In this document: in pieces, positions 1 to 9,283 of the stretch
Numbering within the stretch: the first letter of the stretch is position 1
How the letters are laid out: each line of letters opens with the position of its first letter
NCBI GenBank assembly: GCA_963842525.1
Contig: CAWJGT010000003.1
Location: forward strand, 1,472,001-1,536,000
Source of the DNA: an uncultured Holophagales bacterium
GTDB lineage: Bacteria > Acidobacteriota > Thermoanaerobaculia > Multivoradales > UBA5704
DNA length: 64,000 nucleotides
Direction of reading: 5' to 3'
The notes under the pieces: generated by a model
Told to the model about the DNA's origin: nothing
Seen by the model: the letters and a program-made list of their open reading frames with translations, nothing else
Databases searched by the model: none
Position numbers and translations under genes: made by a program

Positions 1-1
1 G

Positions 2-3000
2 GCGACGTCCCGGGCAGGTCTGCTCCTCACGCACCGGAAGCTCCTCCCGCTCTTCGACCAGGGGGCTGGCGGGCCGCGGATCCTCTGCCTGGACGAACCC
101 CTCACCCCCCTGGCCCCCCTCTCCCACCCGCCCTCCCAACCCACCGGGAGAGGGGGGAAAGAGACACCGCTCGGGAGCTTCTGGGGCGGGGGCTCCCCTC
201 TCCCGGAGGTTGGGAGGGCGGGTGGGAGAGGGGCCGGGGGTGAGGGGCCCGCCAGCCTCGCCTGCGCGATCTTCACCTCCGGCTCGACCGGCCTGCCCAA
301 GGGCGTGCTCCTCGAGCATCGCAACCTGGTCAACCTGGTGGGCTCCTTTGCGCGCAGCTATGGGCCGACGCCTAGCGACCGCATCCTGCCCTTGACCTCG
401 ATCGCCTATGCCAGCTTCGTCGGCGAGGTGTTCCCGCTGCTGTGCACCGGCGGCACTGTCGTCCTGCCGCAGAAGCACGAGGTGCTCGACGTCGCCGCCC
501 TGGTCTCGCTGATCGCGCGCCACCAGGTGACAATGGTCTCCACGGTGCCGTCGATGCTCGCCAGCCTCGACGCCCTGGGCGACCGCCTGCCTCGCCTGCG
601 GCTGCTGCTGGTCGGCGGCGAGGCGCTCTCAACGGCGGACATCGCCGGGCTCCTGGTGCGGACCGGCGAGCTGCGCATCGTCAACGGCTACGGCCTGACC
701 GAGACCGCCGTCTGCTCGACCATCTACGACGTCGTGCCGGCCGACCTCGCCACCGGCCGGCAGCCGCCGATCGGCAGGCCGCTGCCGAACCAGCGCGCCT
801 ACGTGCTCGACCGCCACCTGGAGCCGCGGCCGATCGGCTGCCCCGGCGAGCTCTACGTGGCCGGCCTGGGTGTAGCCCGCGGTTACGCCGGCCGGCCGGA
901 CCTGACCGCAGCGCGTTTCCTGCCCGATCCGTTCGCCGCCGGCGGCCGCATGTACCGCACTGGGGACCTCGCCGCCATGCGCGCCGATGGCAACCTGGTC
1001 TATCTGGGCCGCAGCGACCAGCAGGTCAAGCTGCGCGGCTTCCGCATCGAGCTCTCCGAGATCGAGTCGGCGCTCGCCCTGCACCCGCGAGTGCATACGG
1101 CCGCGGCGGTGGTGCGCCACGATGATCGCGACGGCAAGGGCGAACCGCGGCTGGTCGGCTACGTGGTGCCGGAGGTGCTTCCGGGGGCGCTCGGGCCGGC
1201 GCCGAGCGCTGCCGAGCTGCTCGCCGGCCTGCGCGAGAAGCTGCCTGATTACATGGTGCCGGCCGCCCTGGTCTTCCTTGATGAGCTGCCGCGCAACGCC
1301 CACGGCAAGCTCGACGTCGGCCGTCTGCCGGCTTCCGCGCACACCCGCCCGGAGCTGGCGGCGGCCTATGCCGCACCGCGGTCGGAGCTGGAGCGCGCCA
1401 TCGCCGCCGTCTGGCGTGAGGCGTTGAAGGTGGAGAGCGTCGGGCTCGACGACAACTTCTTCGACCTCGGCGGCCACTCCCTGCTCGTGGCGAAGGTGCA
1501 TGCCCGTCTGGGCGAGGCCCTGGGCCGCGAGGTGCCGCTCCTCGAGCTCTTCCAATATCCGACGGTGGGCTCCCTCGCCCGCCATCTGGCCCGCACGACC
1601 AGGCCCTCCGAACCTGCCGCCGTCCGCCCCTTCCCGCGGTCCGCCGCCGGGATCGAGACCCTCGACAGGGACATTGCAGTGATCGGCCTCGCCGGACGCT
1701 TTCCCGGCGCTCCGGACATCCACCGGCTGTGGCTGAGCCTGGTCGCCGGGCGCGAGGGGATTCGCTTCTTCACCGCCGAGGAGCTGATCGCCTCCGGCGT
1801 CGACTCCGAGCTCGTGGCGCGCCCCGACTACGTCAGGGCCAAGGGGATCCTGGGCGACGTGGACCTCTTCGACGCCGCGTTCTTCGGTTTGAATCCGCGC
1901 GAGGTCGAGCTGATGGACCCCCAGCACCGCGTCTTCCTCGAATGCGCCTGGGAGGCGCTGGAGGACGCCGGCTGGGATGCGGACCGCTACCCCGGCCAGG
2001 TCGGGGTCTATGCCGGGCTCAGCATGAACACCTACCTGCTGATGAACCTGCTCCCGCACATGGCGCTGGTGGCCTCGGCCGATACCCTGCAGGCGTCGCT
2101 CGGCAACGACAAGGACCCGCTCACCGCCCGCGTCTCCTACAAGCTCAACCTCAAGGGGCCGAGCGTCACCATCCAGAGCGCCTCCTCGACCTCCCTGGTC
2201 GCGGTCCATTCGGCCTGCCAGGCGTTGATCACCCGGGACTGCGACATGGCGCTCGCCGGCGGCGTCTCCATCCATCTGCCGGAGGTGTCGGGATACCTCT
2301 ACCAGGAGGGCGGCACGGTCTCGCGGGACGGCCATTGCCGCGCCTTCGACGCCGCCTCGACAGGGTTCGTCAGCGGCCACGGCTGCGGCGTCGTGGTCCT
2401 GAAGCGCCTGTCCGAGGCGCTGGCCGACCGCGATCACGTCTACGCCGTGATCAAGGGATCGGCCTGCAACAACGACGGCTCGCACAAGGTCAGCTTCATG
2501 GCTCCCAGCATCGACGGCCAGGTCCAGCTCTACAACCTGGCCTATGAGAAGGCCGGCATCGATCCCGCCACGGTCTCTTACGTCGAGTGCCACGGCACCG
2601 GAACAGCGCTTGGCGACCCGATCGAGATCACCGCGCTGTCGCAGGCTTTCGCCGCGCGCACCGAGCGCAAAGGCTTCTGCGCCATCGGCTCGATCAAGAC
2701 CAACATCGGCCACCTCGACACCGCGGCCGGCGTCTGCGGCCTGATCAAGGCCGTCCTCGCCCTGCATCACCGCACCCTGCCGCCCACGCTCCACTTTTCG
2801 ACTCCCAACCCGCGGATCGACTTCGCGGGAAGCCCGTTCTTCGTCAACACCGAGCTGCGCCCGTGGGAAGTCGCGGACGGCATGCCCCGCCGCGCCGGGG
2901 TCACCTCGCTCGGCATGGGCGGCACCAATGCCCACTTGGTGCTCGAAGAGGCGCCGGTCGTGCCTGTTGCGTCCGCCGGACCCACGCGGCCCTGGCAGCT

Positions 3001-4780
3001 CCTGGTGCTGTCGGCGAAGAGCGCCACAGCTCTCGATCGCGCCACCCTCCGCCTAGCCGAGCACCTGAGCGATCGGCAGGATCTGCCTCTGGCGGATATC
3101 GCCTACACCCTGCAGGTCGGCCGCAAGGCCTTCCAGCATCGCCGTGCCCTGCTCTGCCGGGACCTGGAGGACGCCGCGCACGCCTTCGAAAGCCTCGATC
3201 CCGAGCGCCTCCTCACCCGCGCTGCGACGCCGGGCGAGCATCCGGTGGCCTTCCTGTTCCCGGGCCAGGGAGCGCAATACGCCGGCATGGGCCGCGGCCT
3301 GTATGAGAGCGAGCCGGTCTTCCGCATCGCCGTCGACCGGTGCTGCGAGCGGCTGCCCTTCGACCTGCGCTCCGCCCTCTGGAGCGACGATGGGCCGGAG
3401 GCCGCGGAGCGCCTGCAGCAGACGGAGACCGCCCAGCCGGCCCTCTTCGTCCTCTCCTGGGCGACGGCGCAGCTCTGGCTCTCCTGGGGCGTCCGGCCGG
3501 CCGCGCTCCTCGGCCATTCGATCGGCGAGTACGTGGCCGCCTCCCTGGCCGGCGTCTTCAGCCTGGAGGATGCCCTGGCGCTGGTCGTGGAGCGTGGCCG
3601 GCTGATGCAGCAGATGGCGCCCGGAGCGATGCTCGCCGTGCCGCGGCCCGAGGCCGAAGCCGCGAGGTTGATCGAAGGCTTTGGCGGCGAGCTGTCGCTG
3701 GCCGCGGTCAACCGGCCCAACCTCTGCGTGGTCTCCGGCAGCCCGGCCGCGATCGACACGGTGGCCGTCGGCCTGGAGTCCCAGGGCGTCACCGCGCGCC
3801 GCCTGCACACCTCGCACGCCTTCCACTCCCAGACCGCCGATCCGATCCTGGCGCCGTTCGAAGAAGCCGTGCGCCGGAGGCACCTGGAACCGCCAAGCAT
3901 CCCGCTGGTGTCAAACCTAACCGGCACCTGGATGCGGCCGGAGGAGGCGACCGATCCCACCTACTGGGCGCGGCAACTGCGCGGCACCGTGCGGTTCGCC
4001 GACGGTCTCGCGCGGCTGCTCGCCGAGCCCCAGCGCATCCTGCTGGAGGTCGGACCCGGCGACACGCTGTCGAGCTTCGCCCGCGAGCACCCGGCGCGCC
4101 GCCCTGAGCAGGCGGTCATCTCCTCGCTGCGCCATCCCAAGTCGGCGGACGACGACACGGTAGTCCTGCTCCGGGCCGTGGCCCGCCTCTGGCTCAGCGG
4201 CGGCGAGCTCGACTGGGAGGCCTTCAGCGCCGCCGAGGAGTGCCGCCGGGTCTCTTTGCCCACCTATCCCTTCGAGCGCCGACGCTACTGGGTCGACCCA
4301 CTGCCGACCGGCCGGAAGACCACCGTCCAGCCCGCTCCGCAGGAAGCCGGTGAGCTCGCGGAGGCGCCCGTGGAGAGTCCGGAACGCACTGCACCGCCAG
4401 GTACAGACCATCCTCGGCCTGACCTTGCCAACCCTTTCGTCGCGCCGGAGGACGAGCTCGAGCAGCAGATCGCCGCCGTCTGGCGGGAGGTCCTGGGCGT
4501 CGAGCAGATAGGAGTGCACGACAACTTCTTCGAGCTGGGAGGCAACTCCCTGGCCGGCCTGCGGGTCATCGCCCGGCTCAAAGAGATGCTGCAGGCGAGT
4601 ATCTCCGAGGTCAGTCTCTATGAGGCGCCAACCGTCATGGCCATGGCCCGACTCATCGGCGCCGACCGCCAGGATGCTCCGGCAGCCCCTCCCGCTTTCG
4701 AGGCCAGTCGCAGCCGCGGTGAGCGGCGCAAGGCCAAGCAATTACAGAAGGCCCGCGCCGACGGTCCATCTGGCCACTAG
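2..4780 (+). CDS. Hybrid NRPS-PKS, 5'-truncated by the window edge: A-T-KS(Cys>Ser)-AT(malonyl-type)-ACP
   Basis: The frame is open from nt 2 and reads IFTSGSTGLPKG upstream of the ORF-track start at 305. A motifs: NGYGLTE, GELYVAG, YRTGD, QVKLRGFRIE, HGKLD. T: LGGHSL. KS: MDPQHR, QSASSTS, HGTGT, KTNIGH. AT: FPGQG, GHSIG, HAFHS. ACP: LGGNSL. Stop TAG at 4780. Confidence 0.95.
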   Translation, partial: ATSRAGLLLTHRKLLPLFDQGAGGPRILCLDEPLTPLAPLSHPPSQPTGRGGKETPLGSFWGGGSPLPEVGRAGGRGAGGEGPASLACAIFTSGSTGLPKGVLLEHRNLVNLVGSFARSYGPTPSDRILPLTSIAYASFVGEVFPLLCTGGTVVLPQKHEVLDVAALVSLIARHQVTMVSTVPSMLASLDALGDRLPRLRLLLVGGEALSTADIAGLLVRTGELRIVNGYGLTETAVCSTIYDVVPADLATGRQPPIGRPLPNQRAYVLDRHLEPRPIGCPGELYVAGLGVARGYAGRPDLTAARFLPDPFAAGGRMYRTGDLAAMRADGNLVYLGRSDQQVKLRGFRIELSEIESALALHPRVHTAAAVVRHDDRDGKGEPRLVGYVVPEVLPGALGPAPSAAELLAGLREKLPDYMVPAALVFLDELPRNAHGKLDVGRLPASAHTRPELAAAYAAPRSELERAIAAVWREALKVESVGLDDNFFDLGGHSLLVAKVHARLGEALGREVPLLELFQYPTVGSLARHLARTTRPSEPAAVRPFPRSAAGIETLDRDIAVIGLAGRFPGAPDIHRLWLSLVAGREGIRFFTAEELIASGVDSELVARPDYVRAKGILGDVDLFDAAFFGLNPREVELMDPQHRVFLECAWEALEDAGWDADRYPGQVGVYAGLSMNTYLLMNLLPHMALVASADTLQASLGNDKDPLTARVSYKLNLKGPSVTIQSASSTSLVAVHSACQALITRDCDMALAGGVSIHLPEVSGYLYQEGGTVSRDGHCRAFDAASTGFVSGHGCGVVVLKRLSEALADRDHVYAVIKGSACNNDGSHKVSFMAPSIDGQVQLYNLAYEKAGIDPATVSYVECHGTGTALGDPIEITALSQAFAARTERKGFCAIGSIKTNIGHLDTAAGVCGLIKAVLALHHRTLPPTLHFSTPNPRIDFAGSPFFVNTELRPWEVADGMPRRAGVTSLGMGGTNAHLVLEEAPVVPVASAGPTRPWQLLVLSAKSATALDRATLRLAEHLSDRQDLPLADIAYTLQVGRKAFQHRRALLCRDLEDAAHAFESLDPERLLTRAATPGEHPVAFLFPGQGAQYAGMGRGLYESEPVFRIAVDRCCERLPFDLRSALWSDDGPEAAERLQQTETAQPALFVLSWATAQLWLSWGVRPAALLGHSIGEYVAASLAGVFSLEDALALVVERGRLMQQMAPGAMLAVPRPEAEAARLIEGFGGELSLAAVNRPNLCVVSGSPAAIDTVAVGLESQGVTARRLHTSHAFHSQTADPILAPFEEAVRRRHLEPPSIPLVSNLTGTWMRPEEATDPTYWARQLRGTVRFADGLARLLAEPQRILLEVGPGDTLSSFAREHPARRPEQAVISSLRHPKSADDDTVVLLRAVARLWLSGGELDWEAFSAAEECRRVSLPTYPFERRRYWVDPLPTGRKTTVQPAPQEAGELAEAPVESPERTAPPGTDHPRPDLANPFVAPEDELEQQIAAVWREVLGVEQIGVHDNFFELGGNSLAGLRVIARLKEMLQASISEVSLYEAPTVMAMARLIGADRQDAPAAPPAFEASRSRGERRKAKQLQKARADGPSGH
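98..247. repeat. 150-bp palindromic (REP/RPE-like) element inserted in frame in the A domain
   Basis: Left arm CCCCTCACCCCCCTGGCCCCCCTCTCCCACCCGCCCTCCCAACCCACCGGGAGAGGGG (about 98-155) is a near-perfect inverted repeat of CCCCTCTCCCGGAGGTTGGGAGGGCGGGTGGGAGAGGGGCCGGGGGTGAGGGG (195-247). The element is exactly 50 codons long. Confidence 0.85.
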
Positions 4781-4837
4781 CTGCCGCACTGTATCTCATG
4801 GTATCTAGTGGCTTTTCGCGGGGGATTCAGTAGCGCC

Positions 4838-7099
4838 ATGCGACCACCGAGGCGGTTCATCCTTGTACTCCAGATCCTCCTGTCCGCCCTTCTCCCGGTA
4901 GCCGTGGCGGCCCCTGCGCTGGGAGCCGACGAGCCGCCGCCCGAGGTCCACATCACCCGCGCGGTTGGGCCGATCGACATCGATGGCGATCTCTCCGATC
5001 CGGGCTGGCGCGGCGCGGCCGAGGTCGACACCTGGTACGAAACCAACCCCGGGGACAACGTGCCGGCGCCGGTTGAGAACCGCGCCTGGCTGACCTACGA
5101 CGACCGCTACCTCTATGCCGCCTTCGAGTTCGCCGAGCCGGACATGAAGTCGCTGCGGGCGCCCTTCGGAGATCGCGATAGCCCCGTGGAGGACGCCGAC
5201 TACGGCGGCATCCTCCTCGATACCAGGAACGAGGCCAAGGCGGCGATCCTGATGCTCGCCAACCCGCACAACATTCAGTACGACGCGATCACCAACGACG
5301 CCTCCGGCGAGGACCCCTCGTTCGACCTCTACTGGGACTCGGCGACGCGGATCGGCCAGAGCGCCTGGTTCCTCGAGATGCGCATTCCGTTCTCCTCTCT
5401 GCGTTACGGCACGGCCGATCCACAGACCTGGGGGCTCCTCCTCTACCGCAACCGGCCGCGCCAGTTCCGCACCCAGATGTTCCACGTCAAGCTGCCGCGC
5501 GGCTCGAGCTGCTTCATCTGCCACGAGGGGAAGATCACCGGCCTCGCCGGTCTGCCGCACGGCGGCCACTACGTGCTCGTCCCCTACAGCACCCTCAAGC
5601 ACGGCGGGCAGCCGCGAGGGGGCGTCGCCGGCATGCCGATCGACAGCCGCTCCGAGGCCGAGGTCGGCCTCGACGCCAAATGGATCCCGACCGCCTCGAC
5701 CGCCTTCGACGCCACCATCAACCCCGATTTCTCGCAGGTCGAAGCGGACGTGGCGCAGATCTCCACCAACAAGCGCTTCGCCCTCTTCTACCCGGAGAAG
5801 CGGCCGTTCTTCCTCGAGGGGCTCGACCTCTTCGCGACACCCATCCAGGCGGTCTACACGCGCCAGGTCACCGCGCCGCGCTGGGGCGCGCGCGTCACCG
5901 GCGAGCTCGCCGGCACTGCCTACACCCTGCTCGCCGCCGAGGACCGCGGCGGCGGCAGCGTGATCATTCCCGGGCCGGAGTCGTCGCGCTTCGCGGACCA
6001 GGACTTCTCCTCGAAGGTGGTGATCGGGCGGGCGCGCCGCGACTTCGGCAGCGGCTTCGCGAGCTTCCTGTTCACCGACCGCGAGATCGACGGCGGCGGC
6101 TTCAACCGGGTCGCCGGACCGGACTTCCAGTGGCGGCCGAACGGCGCCGACCGGATCACCGGCCAGCTCCTGCTCAGCCAGACGGACACCCCCGACCTCC
6201 CCGCTCTCGACGAGGAGTGGGACGGCCGCGAGCTGCGCTCGCACGCCCTCTACCTGCAGTGGACGCGCAATACGCCCCACTGGGACAGCGCGCTGACCTA
6301 TAAGGACATCGGCGACGACTTCCGCGCCGACCTGGGTTTCCTGCCGCAGGTGGGCGTGCGTGACGGGCGCGGTGTCCTCGGCTACACGGTCTATCCGGAG
6401 AGCGGGCCGCTGCGCAATGTCCACACCTACGCCGTCCTCCGTGAGGTCGAAGGCAGAGACGGCGAGCTGTTGCTGCGCCAGGTCGTCCCTGCGATCGAGG
6501 CCCAGGGCCTCTGGAACAGCTACATGAACGTGGAGGCGCGGTTCGCGAGCATCCGCGTCGGCGATCGCGTCTTCAAGTACCACTACCTGTGGACGGTCGT
6601 CCAGGTGAGCCCGTCGCACGCCATCGGCCAGATCAGCCTCAATGCCGTCTTCGGCCAGGCGATCGACTTCGACAACGCGCGGCCGGGGCACGGCGCAGAG
6701 ATCACCCTGAGCTCGGTGCTGCGGCCGACCGACCACCTCGAGCTGGTGCTGGACGGCGGCCGCCAGTGGCTCGACGTCTCCCCGGGCGGCGTGAGCCAGC
6801 GCCTGTTCACCGACGAGGTGGCGCGGGTCAAGGCGACCTACACTTTTTCCGCGCGCAGCTTCCTGCGCCTGGTCATGCAGCGCGTCCGGACCGACCGCGA
6901 TCCCGCGCTCTACACCTTCGAGGTGGCGCCTCGCTTCGAGGACTTCACCCGCTCCGCGCTCTTCGCCTACAAGATCAACTGGCAGACCGTGCTCTTCCTG
7001 GGCTACGGCGACGACCGCCGGCTCGTCAACGGGAGCGGTGGCTTGGCGGAGATCGACCGGCAGCTCTTCCTCAAGGTGTCCTATGCCTTCCAGCGGTAG
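4838..7099 (+). CDS. DUF5916-family / CBM9-like domain outer-membrane beta-barrel protein with signal peptide
   Basis: Basic-then-hydrophobic N-terminus (MRPPRRFILVLQILL...AAPALG). CBM9-like start IDIDGDLSDPGW and WFLEMRIPFSSLRY. Family motifs ATINPDFSQVEAD and FYPEKRPFFLEG. C-terminal beta-signal-like FLKVSYAF. Alternative GTG start at 4808. Confidence 0.82.
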   Translation: MRPPRRFILVLQILLSALLPVAVAAPALGADEPPPEVHITRAVGPIDIDGDLSDPGWRGAAEVDTWYETNPGDNVPAPVENRAWLTYDDRYLYAAFEFAEPDMKSLRAPFGDRDSPVEDADYGGILLDTRNEAKAAILMLANPHNIQYDAITNDASGEDPSFDLYWDSATRIGQSAWFLEMRIPFSSLRYGTADPQTWGLLLYRNRPRQFRTQMFHVKLPRGSSCFICHEGKITGLAGLPHGGHYVLVPYSTLKHGGQPRGGVAGMPIDSRSEAEVGLDAKWIPTASTAFDATINPDFSQVEADVAQISTNKRFALFYPEKRPFFLEGLDLFATPIQAVYTRQVTAPRWGARVTGELAGTAYTLLAAEDRGGGSVIIPGPESSRFADQDFSSKVVIGRARRDFGSGFASFLFTDREIDGGGFNRVAGPDFQWRPNGADRITGQLLLSQTDTPDLPALDEEWDGRELRSHALYLQWTRNTPHWDSALTYKDIGDDFRADLGFLPQVGVRDGRGVLGYTVYPESGPLRNVHTYAVLREVEGRDGELLLRQVVPAIEAQGLWNSYMNVEARFASIRVGDRVFKYHYLWTVVQVSPSHAIGQISLNAVFGQAIDFDNARPGHGAEITLSSVLRPTDHLELVLDGGRQWLDVSPGGVSQRLFTDEVARVKATYTFSARSFLRLVMQRVRTDRDPALYTFEVAPRFEDFTRSALFAYKINWQTVLFLGYGDDRRLVNGSGGLAEIDRQLFLKVSYAFQR

Positions 7100-7167
7100 A
7101 ATCGGCCGGGGCCAAAGGGAGATGGCATATTGCAGGCTCGAGGTCGAGAGAAAAGAGGAGACCGCAG

Positions 7168-8502
7168 ATGACCGACCCGGGTGCCGAGGAATTCGAGATT
7201 CTTGACGAGATGATCGACCCTTTGTTGGGGCCTGGCCGCAGCGCCGTTCCGGACCCGCCCGCTTCGTCCGCGACAGAGCGCCACACGGGCGGCGGCGATG
7301 TCCAGCCGGTCTTCATTTTGTCGTGCAACCGGGCGGGATCGACGTTGCTCCGCTTCATCCTCGACACCCATCCGGACATCTACTGTCCTCCGGAGCTCTT
7401 CCTCGGACAGGCAGCCCATTCGCTCGCCATCTTCCTCTGCGGTCTCGAAGGCAGGAGCTCCTATTTTGAGGCAGAGGGGAAGATCCATGTCTCGGATGCC
7501 ATTGCGGAGACCCTCCGGGCGGTCATTTCCGACCAACTGTCCGCTCATGTGGCACGCCGGGGCAAACGCCTCTGGTGCGAGAAGACGCCGCAGAACGTCT
7601 ATCACCTCAAGCTCCTGAACATCCTCTTCCCGCGAGCGAAGCACATTTGTCTGCACCGCCACTGCCTCGATGTCGTGGCTTCTGCCCTGCAGATGGCCGG
7701 GCGCATCGGTGCGATCCAGCGCTCGATCTACAAGAGCTCGGGCCACGGCCTCACCGGGACGATCCGTTGGTGGTGCGAGATGACGCGCGCAGTGCTCGAG
7801 CACGAGCGCACCCACCCCGGCCGCTGCTTCCGTCTCCGCTATGAGGACCTGGTCAAGAATCCCGGGCAGGTCCTCGCGCCCTTGTCCTCGTTCCTCGAGG
7901 TGCCCTGGGAGGAGAAGGTACTGGAGTCCGTCTTCTCGACGCAGCACGACTACGGGTATGAAGACCCGACGATCCGCTTCAACGATGCCATCCACTCCGG
8001 GAGCGTCGGCAGCGGCGCGAGTCTCTCCCTGGAAGGCGTCCCGGACGACGCCATCGCGGCGATGCGCCAACTGCTCCGGGAGCTGAGCTATCCGGAGGTC
8101 AACCGCCGGCCCGCGGAGGCTCCGAAGCCCGGGCTTGCAGCCGAAAGACCGTTTTCCACATCGTGGTTCTTCGAGACGTTCCTGCCGGGAAAGATCGAAG
8201 CGATGCCGGAGCTGGCGGCGCGGATCGATCACTCCTTCCGATTCGCGGTCAACGGCCCGGATGGCGGGAGCTGGCTCGTCGATCTGCGCCCGGCAGGCTC
8301 ACGGGTCCAGCGCACGAACGGTGCCGGTGCTGCGCAGTGCACCATCGTGATTTCGGCCTCCGACCTCGCCGACATCTCGCGCGGAACACTGAATTCGAGC
8401 AAGGCTTTTCTGGAAGGCCGGCTGAAGATTATCGGATCGGTCGACTTCACGACCCTGGAGCAGTTGGCCCAGATCCTGCGCCAGCCTGCGTCCCAGGCCT
8501 GA
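7168..8502 (+). CDS. PAPS-dependent sulfotransferase with C-terminal SCP2 (sterol/lipid carrier) domain
   Basis: RBS AGGAG precedes ATG 7168. Sulfotransferase motifs FILSCNRAGSTLL (PSB loop), EKTPQN, RHCLDVVAS and RYEDLV. The C-terminus (FRFAVNGPDGGSWLVDL...CTIVISASDL...KAFLEGRLKIIG) matches the SCP2 pattern. Confidence 0.88.
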   Translation: MTDPGAEEFEILDEMIDPLLGPGRSAVPDPPASSATERHTGGGDVQPVFILSCNRAGSTLLRFILDTHPDIYCPPELFLGQAAHSLAIFLCGLEGRSSYFEAEGKIHVSDAIAETLRAVISDQLSAHVARRGKRLWCEKTPQNVYHLKLLNILFPRAKHICLHRHCLDVVASALQMAGRIGAIQRSIYKSSGHGLTGTIRWWCEMTRAVLEHERTHPGRCFRLRYEDLVKNPGQVLAPLSSFLEVPWEEKVLESVFSTQHDYGYEDPTIRFNDAIHSGSVGSGASLSLEGVPDDAIAAMRQLLRELSYPEVNRRPAEAPKPGLAAERPFSTSWFFETFLPGKIEAMPELAARIDHSFRFAVNGPDGGSWLVDLRPAGSRVQRTNGAGAAQCTIVISASDLADISRGTLNSSKAFLEGRLKIIGSVDFTTLEQLAQILRQPASQA

Positions 8503-9283
8503 GGAGGTCGCTCCATCGAGACGTCGCGGAGGTCAGGATCCGCTCCTCGATCCGCTCCATCAGGTCGAAGGCCTTCCGCAGGAGGTTCTGCAGCTCTTCC
8601 GGCCGGCCGATGGACCGCTCGCCTTTCCGGATGGCCGCGACCTCGTCGAACAGGCTGAAATCGAGATCCGGAAGAGCCTGCCGCAAGGTCGCGAGGGCAT
8701 GCATCTGGCTGGCCGGCTGGCCGAGGGCCGCACAGGCCCTGTTCGGAAAGCTCTTGCGCAGGTCGACCAGCCGGTCGAAGAGGATACTCTGATGTTGTTC
8801 CGACAGCCGCAACGGAGGCAGGAAGACCGAGAGGCGGTCCATGAAGCGCCGCTTCAGCGAGAAGAAGGCGCAGCGAGCCACGGCCTGCCCCTCGTCGCTC
8901 CAGTGCACCAGGGGCCGCAGATCCTCGCCCAGGAGGAGCCGGCTCGAATCGGGCGAGACGAGAGTGGGGCCAAAGGTGGCATCGAAATCGCCGAGCTCTT
9001 CTTCTTGATAAAGATTGGGCGGGTGGTGAAAGGGAAGGCCGCTCTCCGCCAGCGGAGCACAGGCGACGAGGATCTGCTGCACGACCCGCTCGAAATACTC
9101 CGGCTTCTCCAGAAGCCCGCGGACGACGACCAGGGCATCCAGGAGGTCGCTCTGCCCGGGTACCGCCTCGCCGCGGGCCAAAGAGCCCCAGAGCAGGATC
9201 CCTCGCACGTCGTCGCCGAGCCGGCCCATCGTGGTGACGAAGGAGTCGACGGCCCGCCAGTAGTCTTCCAGCGTCGGAGTCAA
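8447..9283 (-). CDS. Putative Pol-beta-superfamily nucleotidyltransferase
   Basis: ILLWGSLARGEAVPGQSDLLDALVV fits hG[GS]x9-13D(h)D. A downstream LLLGEDLRP and a helical C-terminal half follow. The TTG start overlaps the upstream stop (TTGA) behind a GGAGG RBS. The 3' end overlaps the convergent sulfotransferase by 56 bp. Confidence 0.7.
   Translation of the reverse strand: MTPTLEDYWRAVDSFVTTMGRLGDDVRGILLWGSLARGEAVPGQSDLLDALVVVRGLLEKPEYFERVVQQILVACAPLAESGLPFHHPPNLYQEEELGDFDATFGPTLVSPDSSRLLLGEDLRPLVHWSDEGQAVARCAFFSLKRRFMDRLSVFLPPLRLSEQHQSILFDRLVDLRKSFPNRACAALGQPASQMHALATLRQALPDLDFSLFDEVAAIRKGERSIGRPEELQNLLRKAFDLMERIEERILTSATSRWSDLLRPGTQAGAGSGPTAPGS

Noticed and set aside
6589-7167. N-terminal extension of the 637-aa sulfotransferase ORF
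   Set aside because: It overlaps the DUF5916 gene in another frame, and the RBS supports ATG 7168.
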